Source: an uncultured Spirochaetota bacterium
GTDB taxonomy: Bacteria > Spirochaetota > Spirochaetia > SZUA-6 > Fen-1364
DNA length: 64,000 nucleotides
Direction of reading: 5' to 3'
Assembly (NCBI GenBank): GCA_963745235.1
Contig: CAVUXE010000015.1
Location: 196,473-260,472, forward strand
Shown here: positions 1 to 9,703 of the stretch, in pieces
Position numbering within the stretch: the stretch's first letter is position 1
Layout: each line of letters starts with the position of its first letter
Translations under genes and position numbers: made by a program
The notes under the pieces: model-generated
What the model saw: only the letters and a program-made list of their open reading frames with translations
The model's database searches: none
Told to the model about the DNA's origin: nothing

Positions 1-762
1 GACTTCGGCAAGGTCGGTGTCCGCGAGCACGTCCTGGTCAAGGCAAAGAAGCTCTATCCGGAGCAGTTCGAGCTCGTGAAGATGCGCCTTGCGTACATCC
101 GCAAGGCGAAGCTCTACGACCTCCTGAGCGAGAGGTTCGCCGCGGTCATCCGCGACGGCACGGACGGATACCTGAGGCTCAAAGAGGAGATCGACCAGAG
201 AGAGAGTGAGTACCTGGAGGAGATCGACCGCTACCTCCAGACCATCGAAGGCGCCAACGAGCCCACCGTGCTCGCCGAGGACCCCTCACGCGTTCTTGAC
301 GAGATCAAGACGAAGAGGTTCACCGACGGGGAAGAGGAGATCCTCTTCCTCACCGAGGATGAGCATACCAAGCTCAAGATCCCCAAGGGCAGCCTCGACG
401 ACGAGGAAAGAGAGCAGATCAACAGCCACGTCACGCACACCTACCGGTTCCTCCAGCAGATCCCCTGGACCAAGGAGATGCGCAACATCCCGGTGATCGC
501 CTGGGGGCACCACGAGAAGCTGGACGGATCCGGCTACCCGCGGAGCATCCGCGGTGAAGACATTGCGACGCAGACGCGGATGATGACTGTCTCTGACATC
601 TATGACGCCCTGACCGCGAGCGACCGTCCCTACAAGCCGGCCGTCAAGCCGCAGAAGGCCCTGGAGATCCTCACCCTGGAGGTCAAGGAGAAGAAGCTGG
701 ACCCCGACCTCGTGAGAATCTTCATCGAAGCGAAGATCTGGGAGTCGAAGACGGAAGCCTGA
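1..762 (+). CDS. HD-GYP phosphodiesterase, 5'-partial
   Basis: Frame is open from base 1 (DFGKVGVREHVL, tail of the HD motif); HHEKLDGSGYP and DIYDALTASDRPYK motifs are present. Confidence 0.9.
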   Translation, partial: DFGKVGVREHVLVKAKKLYPEQFELVKMRLAYIRKAKLYDLLSERFAAVIRDGTDGYLRLKEEIDQRESEYLEEIDRYLQTIEGANEPTVLAEDPSRVLDEIKTKRFTDGEEEILFLTEDEHTKLKIPKGSLDDEEREQINSHVTHTYRFLQQIPWTKEMRNIPVIAWGHHEKLDGSGYPRSIRGEDIATQTRMMTVSDIYDALTASDRPYKPAVKPQKALEILTLEVKEKKLDPDLVRIFIEAKIWESKTEA

Positions 763-1744
763 TTATCTGGTCCTGCTCGGAAAACTCGAGCGGGGCCCGC
801 CGGTTGTTTTCCTCCAGCCACACCCCGCTGCCCGGCTCCGTCATACTGCCGACCACCGCCGCGGGGATTTTCGCGTCCTCCAGCCGTCGGCATGCTTCCC
901 GGGCGACCTCCGGCTCGGCCGTGAACAGGAACACCCCTGAGCTCAACAGGCCCAGGGGATCCATGGCGAAGCGGCGGCAGATCAGGCGGGTCTCCTCCCG
1001 GACGAAGAGGGCTTCCTCTCGAATCACAGCGCCAACCCCGCTTGCCCGACAGATCTCGTGGATCCCCATGGCCAGCCCGCCCTCGGTAGGATCATGACCG
1101 CTGGTCAGGGCCAGACCCTCCAGGATGCGGCCCTCCGGGACGATCGAGATCCCGGGATCATCCAGCCATCCGAGCACCGCCCGGTAGCCCGCGTCTCCGA
1201 GCACGGTGCGCGACACCTCCGGCTGCTCCCGCGCAATCGTGGTGGATCCTTCCAGGCCGGCCCACTTCGTCATGCACAGGGAATCTTTCGGATGCGCGCC
1301 GCCCGTTGAAAGCGGCGGCCCTGAAAGGAACCCTACCGCTTGCCCGCAGACCACGGTGCGCATGACGGCGGGAGTCACCTCGGTGTGCCCCCCCACCCAG
1401 AGCAAGCCGTTCCTCGAGCAGGCATCCGCAACGTCGGCGAAAATCCTTTCCAGCTCCTCTTCCGTCGTTCCCGGGGCAACGAGCACCGTGGTGGTGAGGT
1501 ACACGGGCCGCCCCCCCATGGCGACGATGTCGTTTGCATTCACCGCGGCAACATAGGCGCCGAGGCGGGTGTCGGTGAAAGTGACCGGGTCTGCGGCCAG
1601 GACAATCCTGTCCGCGCCGGATACCACCGCGGCGTCCTCTCCCGGGCCAGCGCCAACGGTGACCAGCGGAGACCGTGATGTGTGCCGCAGCAGCCGCTCT
1701 AGAAGGGCGAGCGGCAGCTTGCCGGGTGGGAGGGGAGCCTTCAT
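722..1744 (-). CDS. AIR synthase/PurM-like (HypE-like) family protein
   Basis: GPGEDAAVV, DPVT, NANDIVAMGG, GGHTE and HDPTEGG motifs. Confidence 0.85.
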   Translation of the reverse strand: MKAPLPPGKLPLALLERLLRHTSRSPLVTVGAGPGEDAAVVSGADRIVLAADPVTFTDTRLGAYVAAVNANDIVAMGGRPVYLTTTVLVAPGTTEEELERIFADVADACSRNGLLWVGGHTEVTPAVMRTVVCGQAVGFLSGPPLSTGGAHPKDSLCMTKWAGLEGSTTIAREQPEVSRTVLGDAGYRAVLGWLDDPGISIVPEGRILEGLALTSGHDPTEGGLAMGIHEICRASGVGAVIREEALFVREETRLICRRFAMDPLGLLSSGVFLFTAEPEVAREACRRLEDAKIPAAVVGSMTEPGSGVWLEENNRRAPLEFSEQDQIIRLPSSTPRSSLR

Positions 1745-1800
1745 GTCCGGCCAGAATCCGGTGAAAAGCCGGTTCCGTCAAGAACCGCCCGAGCGGCGAC

Positions 1801-1830
1801 TTGCACATACGCGGGGCCGAGGGCTACAAT
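1801..1830 (+). promoter_or_regulatory. Sigma70-like promoter (TTGCAC-N18-TACAAT), probably leaderless transcript
   Basis: The -10 hexamer ends 7 nt before ATG 1838 and there is no Shine-Dalgarno sequence. Confidence 0.5.
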
Positions 1831-1837
1831 AGAAGCA

Positions 1838-2653
1838 ATGGCAAAGTCGCGCGTCGTCGAGTACCAGGAGAGGTTTGCAGACCAAGCGATCCGTTTTACG
1901 CCCTACGCACTGAAAAAGACCGGCCTGGTCCAGTCCCAGGTCTTCCTCCACATCGAAGACTACCTCCTGATCTGCGCCCCGTTCCAGCTCTCCATGAAGC
2001 GAGGCATCTTCCTCGTCGTGCTGAGCGCCCAGGAGATCTCCTTCTTCCAGCAGTTCCAGAAGAAGCTCTGCTCCATCAACCTGACATTCCAGCAGACGGG
2101 GAGCAAGAAGCCACTGACGCTCCTCCTGCGCGGCACCCTGGAGAGGATCGGGCCGGTGAAGGGAAAGCAGAACGTCTGCATGATGGATGCCGCGTTCAAG
2201 ACCTGTCCGAACGACCTCGTGGAAATCATCGGAGACTACCTGCACGCCTACGAAGGCCTCAGGAGCCAGTTCGAGAACTTTTCCGGCAAGGCCATCCCGC
2301 TGGATGAGGCGGCCGCGAAGCTGATGCGGTACAACAACTACGTGGAGCTTCTGACGGGCACAGGGAAAGCCAGGGCGACGCTGGTGTCCCTGGCCGCCAA
2401 CAGCATTTCCGTGCGGCTTCCGGCTCGTCCCCCTGAGGTGGCAGAAGGATCGGCGTGCTCCCTCCGTCTGTATTTCCAGGTCTACCAGTTCACCGCCAGC
2501 GGGAAAGTGACGGCCCTGCAGCAGATCGACGGAGAGCAGGTCCTCCTCACCATCGGCCTCGAGTTCACGCCCGAATTGATTGAAATCGTGGACGACTATT
2601 TCTTCCGCCAGAGCATCCAGGCCCGTGGAAAGGTCGTCCAGCAGGGGGCCTAA
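1838..2653 (+). CDS. PilZN3/PilZ-fold protein (spirochaete PlzA-like paralog)
   Basis: 271 aa; N-terminal LHIEDYLLICAPFQLSMKR resembles spirochaete PilZN3 proteins; C-terminal beta-barrel ends LEFTPELIEIVDDY. Confidence 0.65.
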   Translation: MAKSRVVEYQERFADQAIRFTPYALKKTGLVQSQVFLHIEDYLLICAPFQLSMKRGIFLVVLSAQEISFFQQFQKKLCSINLTFQQTGSKKPLTLLLRGTLERIGPVKGKQNVCMMDAAFKTCPNDLVEIIGDYLHAYEGLRSQFENFSGKAIPLDEAAAKLMRYNNYVELLTGTGKARATLVSLAANSISVRLPARPPEVAEGSACSLRLYFQVYQFTASGKVTALQQIDGEQVLLTIGLEFTPELIEIVDDYFFRQSIQARGKVVQQGA

Positions 2654-2753
2654 CCCTGCCGCGGCGCCGAAAAGCCCACGATAGCTTCCCGCCGAACACC
2701 GCGGATTTTGTGACACTCCCGTGACCTCCCATGTGCATATTTAGGGGCGGGAG

Positions 2754-3857
2754 GTGCGCGTGAAAACCAAAGCGCTGATGAAGGAAGTGCAAAAGCAGGT
2801 CGCCGCCGATGGCCCCGGGCACTACCCGGGAGCCGCGCTTCCAGCCTGGATGGAGAAGGCCGGCGACGCGGAGTTGTGGCGCATCAACGCCTTCGAAGTG
2901 GCCGGGAAGCTCGCCGTGGACCGCACCAGGCTCCTGGCAACTTTCATCCGGCTGGTACAGGAAGGCGTGCTGGACCTCAACTGGGATTTCCACTGCACGG
3001 AATGCAACGCGGTTGCGGGCACCCACCGCCACCTGCGGGAGGCCACCGCGGGCAACCACTGCCCCCTGTGCAACGTGGACTTCCGCAACGACCTGGCAAA
3101 GAACGTGGAGGTGACCTTCTCCCCCAACGCGAAGCTCTACGCGGTGGATAAATCGTTCCTCGACCAGCAGACGCGCCTGACGGTGAAACTGCACGGGGAG
3201 AAGAAGATTCGCCTGCCGGATACGTTCGTGAACGGAATGGATTGCCTCCACGTTCCGCTTTTCCGCGAGATGTTCGAGACGGAGACCCTCTCCCTCCGGG
3301 AGAGCCTGAGCATCAGCCAGGTATGCATCATGTTCACGGACATCAAGGGCTCGACGGAGCTCTACGACCGGCTCGGGGATTCAGCCGCGTATGGCCTGGT
3401 GCGGGACCACTTCGACGTGCTGTTTCGCACGGTGGAGCAGAACGATGGGGTCATCGTCAAGACAATCGGGGACTCGGTGATGGCCTCCTTCCGCCATCCG
3501 GCTGATGGTGTGGCGGCCGCCATGTCCATCCAGGCCGCTTTCGACGAGTTCAACAAGCGGGAGAACCTTCGCAACGAGATCATCGTGAAGATCGGAGTCC
3601 ATGCCGGCAGCACCATCATGGTGAACCTCAACAACAGGCTGGACTACTTCGGCCAGGTGGTGAACATGGCCGCGCGCATCCAGGGCACCGCGGACGGCGG
3701 GGACATCATCATCTCCAGGGAGGTCAGGCGTGACCCGGGGGCCATCGAGCGCATGAGGGGACGCGTGAAGGGCCTGACGCGGCGGCTCCAGACGCTGAAG
3801 GGCATCTCGGGGGAGCAGGAGACCTTCCGGCTGGAGTTCAGTGGCGCTCCATCGTAA
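2754..3857 (+). CDS. Class III adenylate cyclase with N-terminal DUF5939 zinc-ribbon domain
   Basis: CTEC...CPLC; MFTDIKGST, VKTIGDSVM and DYFGQVVNMAARI cyclase motifs. Confidence 0.88.
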   Translation: MRVKTKALMKEVQKQVAADGPGHYPGAALPAWMEKAGDAELWRINAFEVAGKLAVDRTRLLATFIRLVQEGVLDLNWDFHCTECNAVAGTHRHLREATAGNHCPLCNVDFRNDLAKNVEVTFSPNAKLYAVDKSFLDQQTRLTVKLHGEKKIRLPDTFVNGMDCLHVPLFREMFETETLSLRESLSISQVCIMFTDIKGSTELYDRLGDSAAYGLVRDHFDVLFRTVEQNDGVIVKTIGDSVMASFRHPADGVAAAMSIQAAFDEFNKRENLRNEIIVKIGVHAGSTIMVNLNNRLDYFGQVVNMAARIQGTADGGDIIISREVRRDPGAIERMRGRVKGLTRRLQTLKGISGEQETFRLEFSGAPS

Positions 3858-4881
3858 GCATGCGGGCCGCCGTCTTTCCCAGCTCCGTGTCGGGCCCGAG
3901 AGAGACGACCCTCGACAGGTTCTGCTTCTCCCTGCCGATGTCGCCTTTCCCCCGGTGCCCGAGGGCAGTCAGGAAGTAATACATGGGCGCCCGTTCTGGA
4001 TCACCTGACAGCACCTGGCTGTAACGCGAAAGCCACGCAAGCTCTTCCGTAAAAGCAGATGCATCCAGGAGGAGCTTGGCGCGCAGTATTTCCAGGTCCT
4101 TCGCCCACTCTTCGCTCCCGCCGGGCTGAAGGCCGTCTGTCAGTTCAAGGGCGGCCGGTGTGTCACCTGTCATGGAGTGCGCGTACGCGAGGTAGGAACG
4201 GACCTCGACGGCCTCTTCCCCGGCTGCCGAGTCCAGCGCCTGCGTGAGCTCGTCGATGGCCCGCTCGTACTGCTGTGTGGCGATGAGAGCCTTGCCAGAT
4301 TCCAGGTGGGACCGCGAATCTTCGAGCGCCGAATCATCCGACCCCGAATCACCCGAGACGTCGCCTTGCGGAGCCGCTGCCGCGCTGGGCGCGGAGGCGG
4401 CTGCGCCTGGGGCCTCATTCCCGGAGCCTTGCATTGCGCCCTCGGCCTCTGCATGGTTCATCTGCTCGGCCTGAGCCGCGGCGCGCTCCTCGTCGCTCGG
4501 GCTTCGGCTGCCAAGGACGCCCATGGCGGTGCTCTGCCTGAGGGACGATCCTCGAACCATGTATGCGAGGGCTGCCCGAAGGGATGGGCCGACTCCCGCC
4601 GCGTCCATGGCGCGGCGCGCGGAAAGAATCGGTCCCAGGGAGTACGTGCCTGTGCGGGTGAGAATTACCTTCGCTCCTTGCGCGCTCAGCTCCAGGTGAG
4701 CCGATTCTCCGAGCCGCAGCGTTGCGTTTGTGGGGACCGGGTCTCCGACGGCCAGGTCCACCCATGCGGCCCCGCGACGCATGGAGGCGCTTCCGTCGAC
4801 GTAGGAGACCCTCACGCCCTGCGCGCTGATCCCGGTTGCAAGGGCGAGGCAGAAGATGATGACAGCCGCACTGGTTCTCAT
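3838..4881 (-). CDS. Exported protein with FecR-like N-terminus and TPR-like C-terminus
   Basis: Signal peptide (MRTSAAVIIFCLALATGISA); VSYVDG...LAVGD FecR-like start; helical TPR-like repeats after a low-complexity linker. Confidence 0.65.
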   Translation of the reverse strand: MRTSAAVIIFCLALATGISAQGVRVSYVDGSASMRRGAAWVDLAVGDPVPTNATLRLGESAHLELSAQGAKVILTRTGTYSLGPILSARRAMDAAGVGPSLRAALAYMVRGSSLRQSTAMGVLGSRSPSDEERAAAQAEQMNHAEAEGAMQGSGNEAPGAAASAPSAAAAPQGDVSGDSGSDDSALEDSRSHLESGKALIATQQYERAIDELTQALDSAAGEEAVEVRSYLAYAHSMTGDTPAALELTDGLQPGGSEEWAKDLEILRAKLLLDASAFTEELAWLSRYSQVLSGDPERAPMYYFLTALGHRGKGDIGREKQNLSRVVSLGPDTELGKTAARMLTMERH

Positions 4882-4892
4882 GGGTGCACCGC

Positions 4893-5333
4893 CTACCCGT
4901 TGACCGACATGAGGCGCGTGAAGCGAATCAGCAGGACGGGCCTTCGCAGCATGCCGGAGATTTTCACCTCTCCCGAGAGCAGTCCCCTGCGAAGGCCTCT
5001 CCCTTTCGGGCCGAAAAGGAACGGGAGTCCCGCAACGATCTTCACCGCGGCAAGCCCCAGGAGGGCTTCCGAGTCAGCAGAGATGCGGATCTCCGGCGCG
5101 CCGTGGACGCCTCCATGAACGAGAAGCCTGCCGCGTCCGAACGCCAGGGTGATGGTCACTTCGGCGTCGCGCGCTTCCAGCGAAATCAGCGAATCAAGCC
5201 TCGCAAAGTCACGCCATTTGCGGGGGCTGTGCTCCAGGTTCTGACGGATAAGGTCTGCAAGCATTACGGCAAGGCCCACCTCGCCCGCCCCCTCGGCAAG
5301 GCTGACGCTTTCGCGCGCGTTCCCGACTGTCAC
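4893..5333 (-). CDS. SCP2 sterol/lipid-binding-like domain protein
   Basis: GTG start overlaps the ADH stop (GTGA); SCP2-like C-terminus LLSGEVKISG. Confidence 0.6.
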   Translation of the reverse strand: MTVGNARESVSLAEGAGEVGLAVMLADLIRQNLEHSPRKWRDFARLDSLISLEARDAEVTITLAFGRGRLLVHGGVHGAPEIRISADSEALLGLAAVKIVAGLPFLFGPKGRGLRRGLLSGEVKISGMLRRPVLLIRFTRLMSVNG

Positions 5334-6508
5334 GTCGTCCCCGACCATGCCGCGGAGAGGACTCTGAGCACGTCTGCGGGCGCGGCAACGGGCTTGGCAT
5401 TGTAGACGATGGCGCCATCGGACATCGCCAATTCCGCGCAGGCGGCCAGATCTTCCCGGGGAACGCCGACTTCCCGAAAAGTGCCCGGCAGCCCAACCTC
5501 GCGGACAAAAGCGGACATCGACTCCGCCGCACGGACACCCGCCGCTTCGTCGCTCATTCCCCGCACGTCCACCCCCATTGCCTCGGCGGCCAGTCGGTGC
5601 CGGTCAGCCACGACGTCATTGTTGTATCGTACGACATGGGGCATGGCAATGGCGATTGCGGTGCCATGGTGCACCCCGTGGCGCGCGCCTACCACGTGGG
5701 CTATTGCATGCAGGAGCCCCACCTGGGCATTCGAAAACGCCGCCCCCGCCAGCGCGGCGGCAATCAGCATTTGTCCCCGCGCGGCAAGGTCGGCGCCGTT
5801 TTTCACGGCGAGCGGCAGGAACCTCCGAATGAGCCGGATTGCGTGCAGGCCCAGCGCATCAGACATCGGCTCACGCTGCGCGGAGGTGAGAGCCTCCAGG
5901 CCGTGGGAGAAGGCATCCAGCCCGGTGGCCGCCGTGAGCAACGGCGGAAGGCCAACGGTAAGGTTCGGATCCAGGATGGCAACGTCCGGGATGATGTGGT
6001 GGTCCCCGAAAATGAGCTTTCGCCTGTTCTCGTGGTCCTTGACCAGAGCGAAGTACGTCACCTCGGAGCCCGTCCCGGCCGTGGTCGGGATGCTGATGTG
6101 CGGGGTCTGGCGGCGGGTCAGGAGCTGAAAGCCCTGGTAGTCCAGGAGCGAGCCGCCTTCCGTCAGCAGGATGGCGATCCCCTTGGCCGTATCGATGACG
6201 CTTCCCCCTCCCACGCTGACGATGGAGTCTGCGCCCTGCGCGCGGCCCAGCTCCGCGCCCGCGTTGACGGTGTGGACGCCCGAGTCAGCGGGGACATCCG
6301 AGAACACCCCGGCGCAGGCGGGTCCGAGCGCCCTCGTTATCTTCCCGACGATGTCCGCCTTTGCGGCGAGGACCTTGTCCGTCACCACGAGCGCCCTGCG
6401 GCACCCAAGCCCCGCCAGCTCGGGAGCCACCTCTGCCGAGGAGCCGGCGCCGTAGACCACCCGGGTCGGGTTCATGAAGAGGAATGAAAGGTCGGCAGGA
6501 TATTCCAT
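5330..6508 (-). CDS. Iron-containing alcohol dehydrogenase
   Basis: GGGSVIDTAK, PTTAGTGSE, DAFSH, HAIAH and HHG metal ligands. Confidence 0.93.
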   Translation of the reverse strand: MEYPADLSFLFMNPTRVVYGAGSSAEVAPELAGLGCRRALVVTDKVLAAKADIVGKITRALGPACAGVFSDVPADSGVHTVNAGAELGRAQGADSIVSVGGGSVIDTAKGIAILLTEGGSLLDYQGFQLLTRRQTPHISIPTTAGTGSEVTYFALVKDHENRRKLIFGDHHIIPDVAILDPNLTVGLPPLLTAATGLDAFSHGLEALTSAQREPMSDALGLHAIRLIRRFLPLAVKNGADLAARGQMLIAAALAGAAFSNAQVGLLHAIAHVVGARHGVHHGTAIAIAMPHVVRYNNDVVADRHRLAAEAMGVDVRGMSDEAAGVRAAESMSAFVREVGLPGTFREVGVPREDLAACAELAMSDGAIVYNAKPVAAPADVLRVLSAAWSGTT

Positions 6509-6515
6509 GGCGCGG

Positions 6516-6935
6516 CTACTCGTCCAGGAACTTCGTGTCGAGCATGGCGGCGGAGTTCACGAGCTCCTGCGCTGCCTCGACCGCGCGGACGATGGTGGGA
6601 AGGTCCCCCTTGAGCTTGAGCTTGCCCTGCATCATCCCCTTGATCGGTTCGAGCTCTCTTCTGAGCACCTGCTTCCAGCGCGCGTACTCTCCCGTGATGC
6701 AGAACGGCGCCTTTGCCGCCTCCTCCACCTTCACGAGCCGGGCGTCACGGCAGACGCCCCTGTCCAGGTCCAGCCAGATCCCGACATCCTGCGGGAAGGC
6801 GGACGGCTGCGCCTTGCAGACCAGCGCGACGACCCCGTACGTCCAGTCCGCGGCCGCGGTCTTGTACGCGGGATTGCCGTTGATCGCGGCCTTGTAGGCG
6901 GCGATCCACTCCTCGCTGAAGAACGGAATGCCCAT
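6516..6935 (-). CDS. SCP2 sterol/lipid-binding domain protein
   Basis: FFSEEWI...AINGNPAY...MMQGKLKLKGDL. Confidence 0.85.
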   Translation of the reverse strand: MGIPFFSEEWIAAYKAAINGNPAYKTAAADWTYGVVALVCKAQPSAFPQDVGIWLDLDRGVCRDARLVKVEEAAKAPFCITGEYARWKQVLRRELEPIKGMMQGKLKLKGDLPTIVRAVEAAQELVNSAAMLDTKFLDE

Positions 6936-6951
6936 GGCAGCCTCCCCGGTC

Positions 6952-8454
6952 TCAATCGTTGATGATGTAGTCGTACCAGAACTTCTTCGACCTTTCGAGG
7001 GCGAGGTCGACGTGGATGTGCTTGACCTGCGTGTACTCCAGGAGCCCGTGCGGGCCCATTTCGCGGCCCACTCCTGACTGCTTGTACCCGCCGAACGGCG
7101 CGCGCGCGTTCAGGAGGTGGAAGTCATTGATCCACACGGTGCCGGTTCGGATCCTCTTGGCGATGCCGATTGCCTTGGGAATGTCGCGGGAAAACACGGC
7201 GCCGCCCAGGCCGTAGATGCTGTCGTTGGCCATGGAGATGGCGTCGTCCAGGGTCTCGTACTTGATGACGGCGAGGACGGGACCGAAGATCTCTTCCCGG
7301 GCGATGGTTGCGGTGTTGGGGACCTCCTCGAAGATGGTCGGCTGCACGAACCAGCCCTTCTTCATGCTCGGCAGGCCTGCCGCCGCCGCACACAAGGCGC
7401 GCCCCTTCCCGTTCTTCCCGTCTCGATGTAGCCGAGAACGCGCGTGAGCTGGGCCTGGGAGACGAGGGGCCCCATCGCGGTCTCGAAGTCAGCGGGGTCA
7501 CCGACAGTGACGTGCGTGACCCGCTCCCGTACGCGCTCCATGAACTCGTCGTAGATGGAAGCGGGAACGAAGCAGCGGGTGCCGGATTCGCAGACCTGGC
7601 CGGCGAAGAAGAAAGTGCCGAACAGCGCGCCGTCCACCGCCACCGAGAGGTCGGCGTCGTCGCAGATGATGGTCGGGCTCTTTCCGCCCAGCTCCAGGGT
7701 GACCTTCTTGACCGTGTCCGCGGCAAGCTTCATGACGCGCCGGCCCGTCTCGGTGGAGCCGGTGAAGGCCACCTTGTCCACCATCGGGTTGGTGCACAGC
7801 TCCTCCCCCACTTCCGGGCCGGATCCGATAACGACGTTGAAGACGCCCGGGGGAATGCCGGCATTCCGCCGCGGCCTTCGCAAGCTCCAGCGCCGTGAGC
7901 GGCGTGTCGCTGGCCGGCTTGAGGACCATGGAGTTGCCCATGATGAGGGCCGGGGCCACCTTCCAGACCGCGATCATGAAGGGCAGGTTCCACGGGACGA
8001 TCCCGGCGCAGACCCCGATGGGCTCGCGGTTGACGAAGTTCCATGAGATTGCCGGCACGTCGATCCAGGGCAGCGGCTCATAGGTGGGGAGGCGCTCGCC
8101 CAGCTCCACCAGGGTCTGAAACTGCTCGATGCCGAAGGGGATCTCCATGAACGAGGTCTGGCGGATGGTGGCCCCGGAATCCGCGGACTCCAGGCGGGCG
8201 AGCTCGTCCTGGCGGCTGGCGAGCTTCTCCACCATCCGCATGAGGATCTTCGCCCGCTCCCGCACGTCCATGCCGCTCCAGGCTCCGGAGTCGAACGACT
8301 TGCGGGCCGCCTCGATGGCGCGTCGTGCGTCGGCCTTCGAAGCCACGGGGACATGTGCAATGGGCTCTTCCGTGGCCGGGTTGATCGTCGGCCGGCATTC
8401 ACCCGATTCGGCTTCGACAAACCTGCCGTCGATGTACAGCTGGTATTTTTCCAT
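6952..8454 (-). CDS. Aldehyde dehydrogenase (frameshifted near 7870 and 7400-7440)
   Basis: IVPWN, FTGSTETG, LELGGKSP, GQVCES and EEIFGP motifs spread over three frames. Confidence 0.88.
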
Positions 8455-8522
8455 GGATGACGATGATACTGGCGGTTCGCGAGAACGCAAGCCAGCGGAG
8501 GAAGCGTTATCGGAGGGTGGCC

Positions 8523-8681
8523 GCCTCCCGCCCATCCCTGGGCTCGGCGCGGCTCGACATCCTGGCCTACGCCGCGCCTCCCGCCCATCCCTGGGCTCGG
8601 CGCGGCTCGACATCATGGCCTACGCCGCGCCTCCAGCACGCCCCAGGGCTTCGGCGCGCTCGACATCCATGTCTACGGCAA
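8523..8681. repeat. 53-bp tandem repeat, 3 copies (third copy degenerate)
   Basis: Units start at 8523, 8576 and 8629; units 1 and 2 are 52/53 identical (gcctcccgcccatccctgggctcggcgcggctcgacatcctggcctacgccgc). Confidence 0.85.
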
Positions 8682-9703
8682 TCTGTTGAACCACAACAGC
8701 GAGAAGGCGCCAGCAGCCAGCAGCAGAGCGGCGGCAACGGCGACGAAAATTGCAGTGATCTCAGTCTTTTCGCGCTCCACCATCAAGCGCGTGCTCAGGT
8801 TCTCGTAGATCTTGTGCAGGTCTCCTTCGCTGCTGGCCTTGAAGTACGTCCCGGCCGTCTTTGCGGCGATCTCCTTCAGTGTCGCCTCGTCAAGAATGAC
8901 GCGGAAGGAGAACCCCTCGAACCCGATGACGGCCCCCTCCTTGGTCCCCACCCCGACGGTGAACACGCGCACGCCGAGGTTCGCGGCCTTGTCCGCAATG
9001 TCCAGCGGATCGGGCCCCTGGTTGCTCTGGCCGTCGCTCATCAGCACGATGACGGCGCTCTTGTAGCTTCCGGGAGGCACCGGCGGCGGCTCCTGGTCAG
9101 TGGGTGGCGCAGCGGTCAAAGGACCGTTCGGATCAGGAGGGGGAGTGTCGGTGGTCTGATCCTTTTTCTCGAAGATGGCGTCCAGGGCGGTCTGGAGGCC
9201 GCTGCCAATTGCGGTGTAACGCTCCGGATGGAGCCTGTTCACCGCCGCCAGCAGCTGATCGTTGTCCGTAGGTCGGAGGCTGGATCAGCTCCGCGGTGCC
9301 GCTGAAGGCGACAATCCCGATTCGAACGTTGTCGCGGCCTCCTGGCGATGAATATCCTGGCTGCCTCCTTCACCGCCTCCATGCGGCTGGGCTTGATGTC
9401 GGTGGCCCTCATGCTGCCCGACACATCCATGGAGAGGATGACCGTGCCTTCCTCCGACGGGAGCGTCACCGTTGCCGACGGCCGGGCCAGGGCGAATATG
9501 ATCACGGTCATCCCTGCCAGGAAGAGCCCGGCGGGGATATGGCGACGGATGCCAGGTCCTTTTCCCAGCGCGTCTTTCACCAGCGAGAGGCTGGCGTAGC
9601 GAAGAGCATACTTCTGCCTGCGGCGCTGCGCCAGAACGTACGCTGCCACCAGGAAAGGCACAAGGATGAGGAGGAGAAGCATCCGGGCCCAGATAAAGCT
9701 CAT
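8673..9703 (-). CDS. VWA domain membrane protein (BatA-like; frameshifted near 9240-9340)
   Basis: BatA-type N-terminal helices; MIDAS DVSGSM, TAIG and SDGQSN; C-terminal TM helix. Confidence 0.85.

Noticed and set aside
2709-2725. CRP site upstream of the cyclase
   Set aside because: A TGTGA half-site is present but there is no TCACA at N6
8523-8681. CRISPR array
   Set aside because: The units are contiguous with no unique spacers, and there are no cas genes
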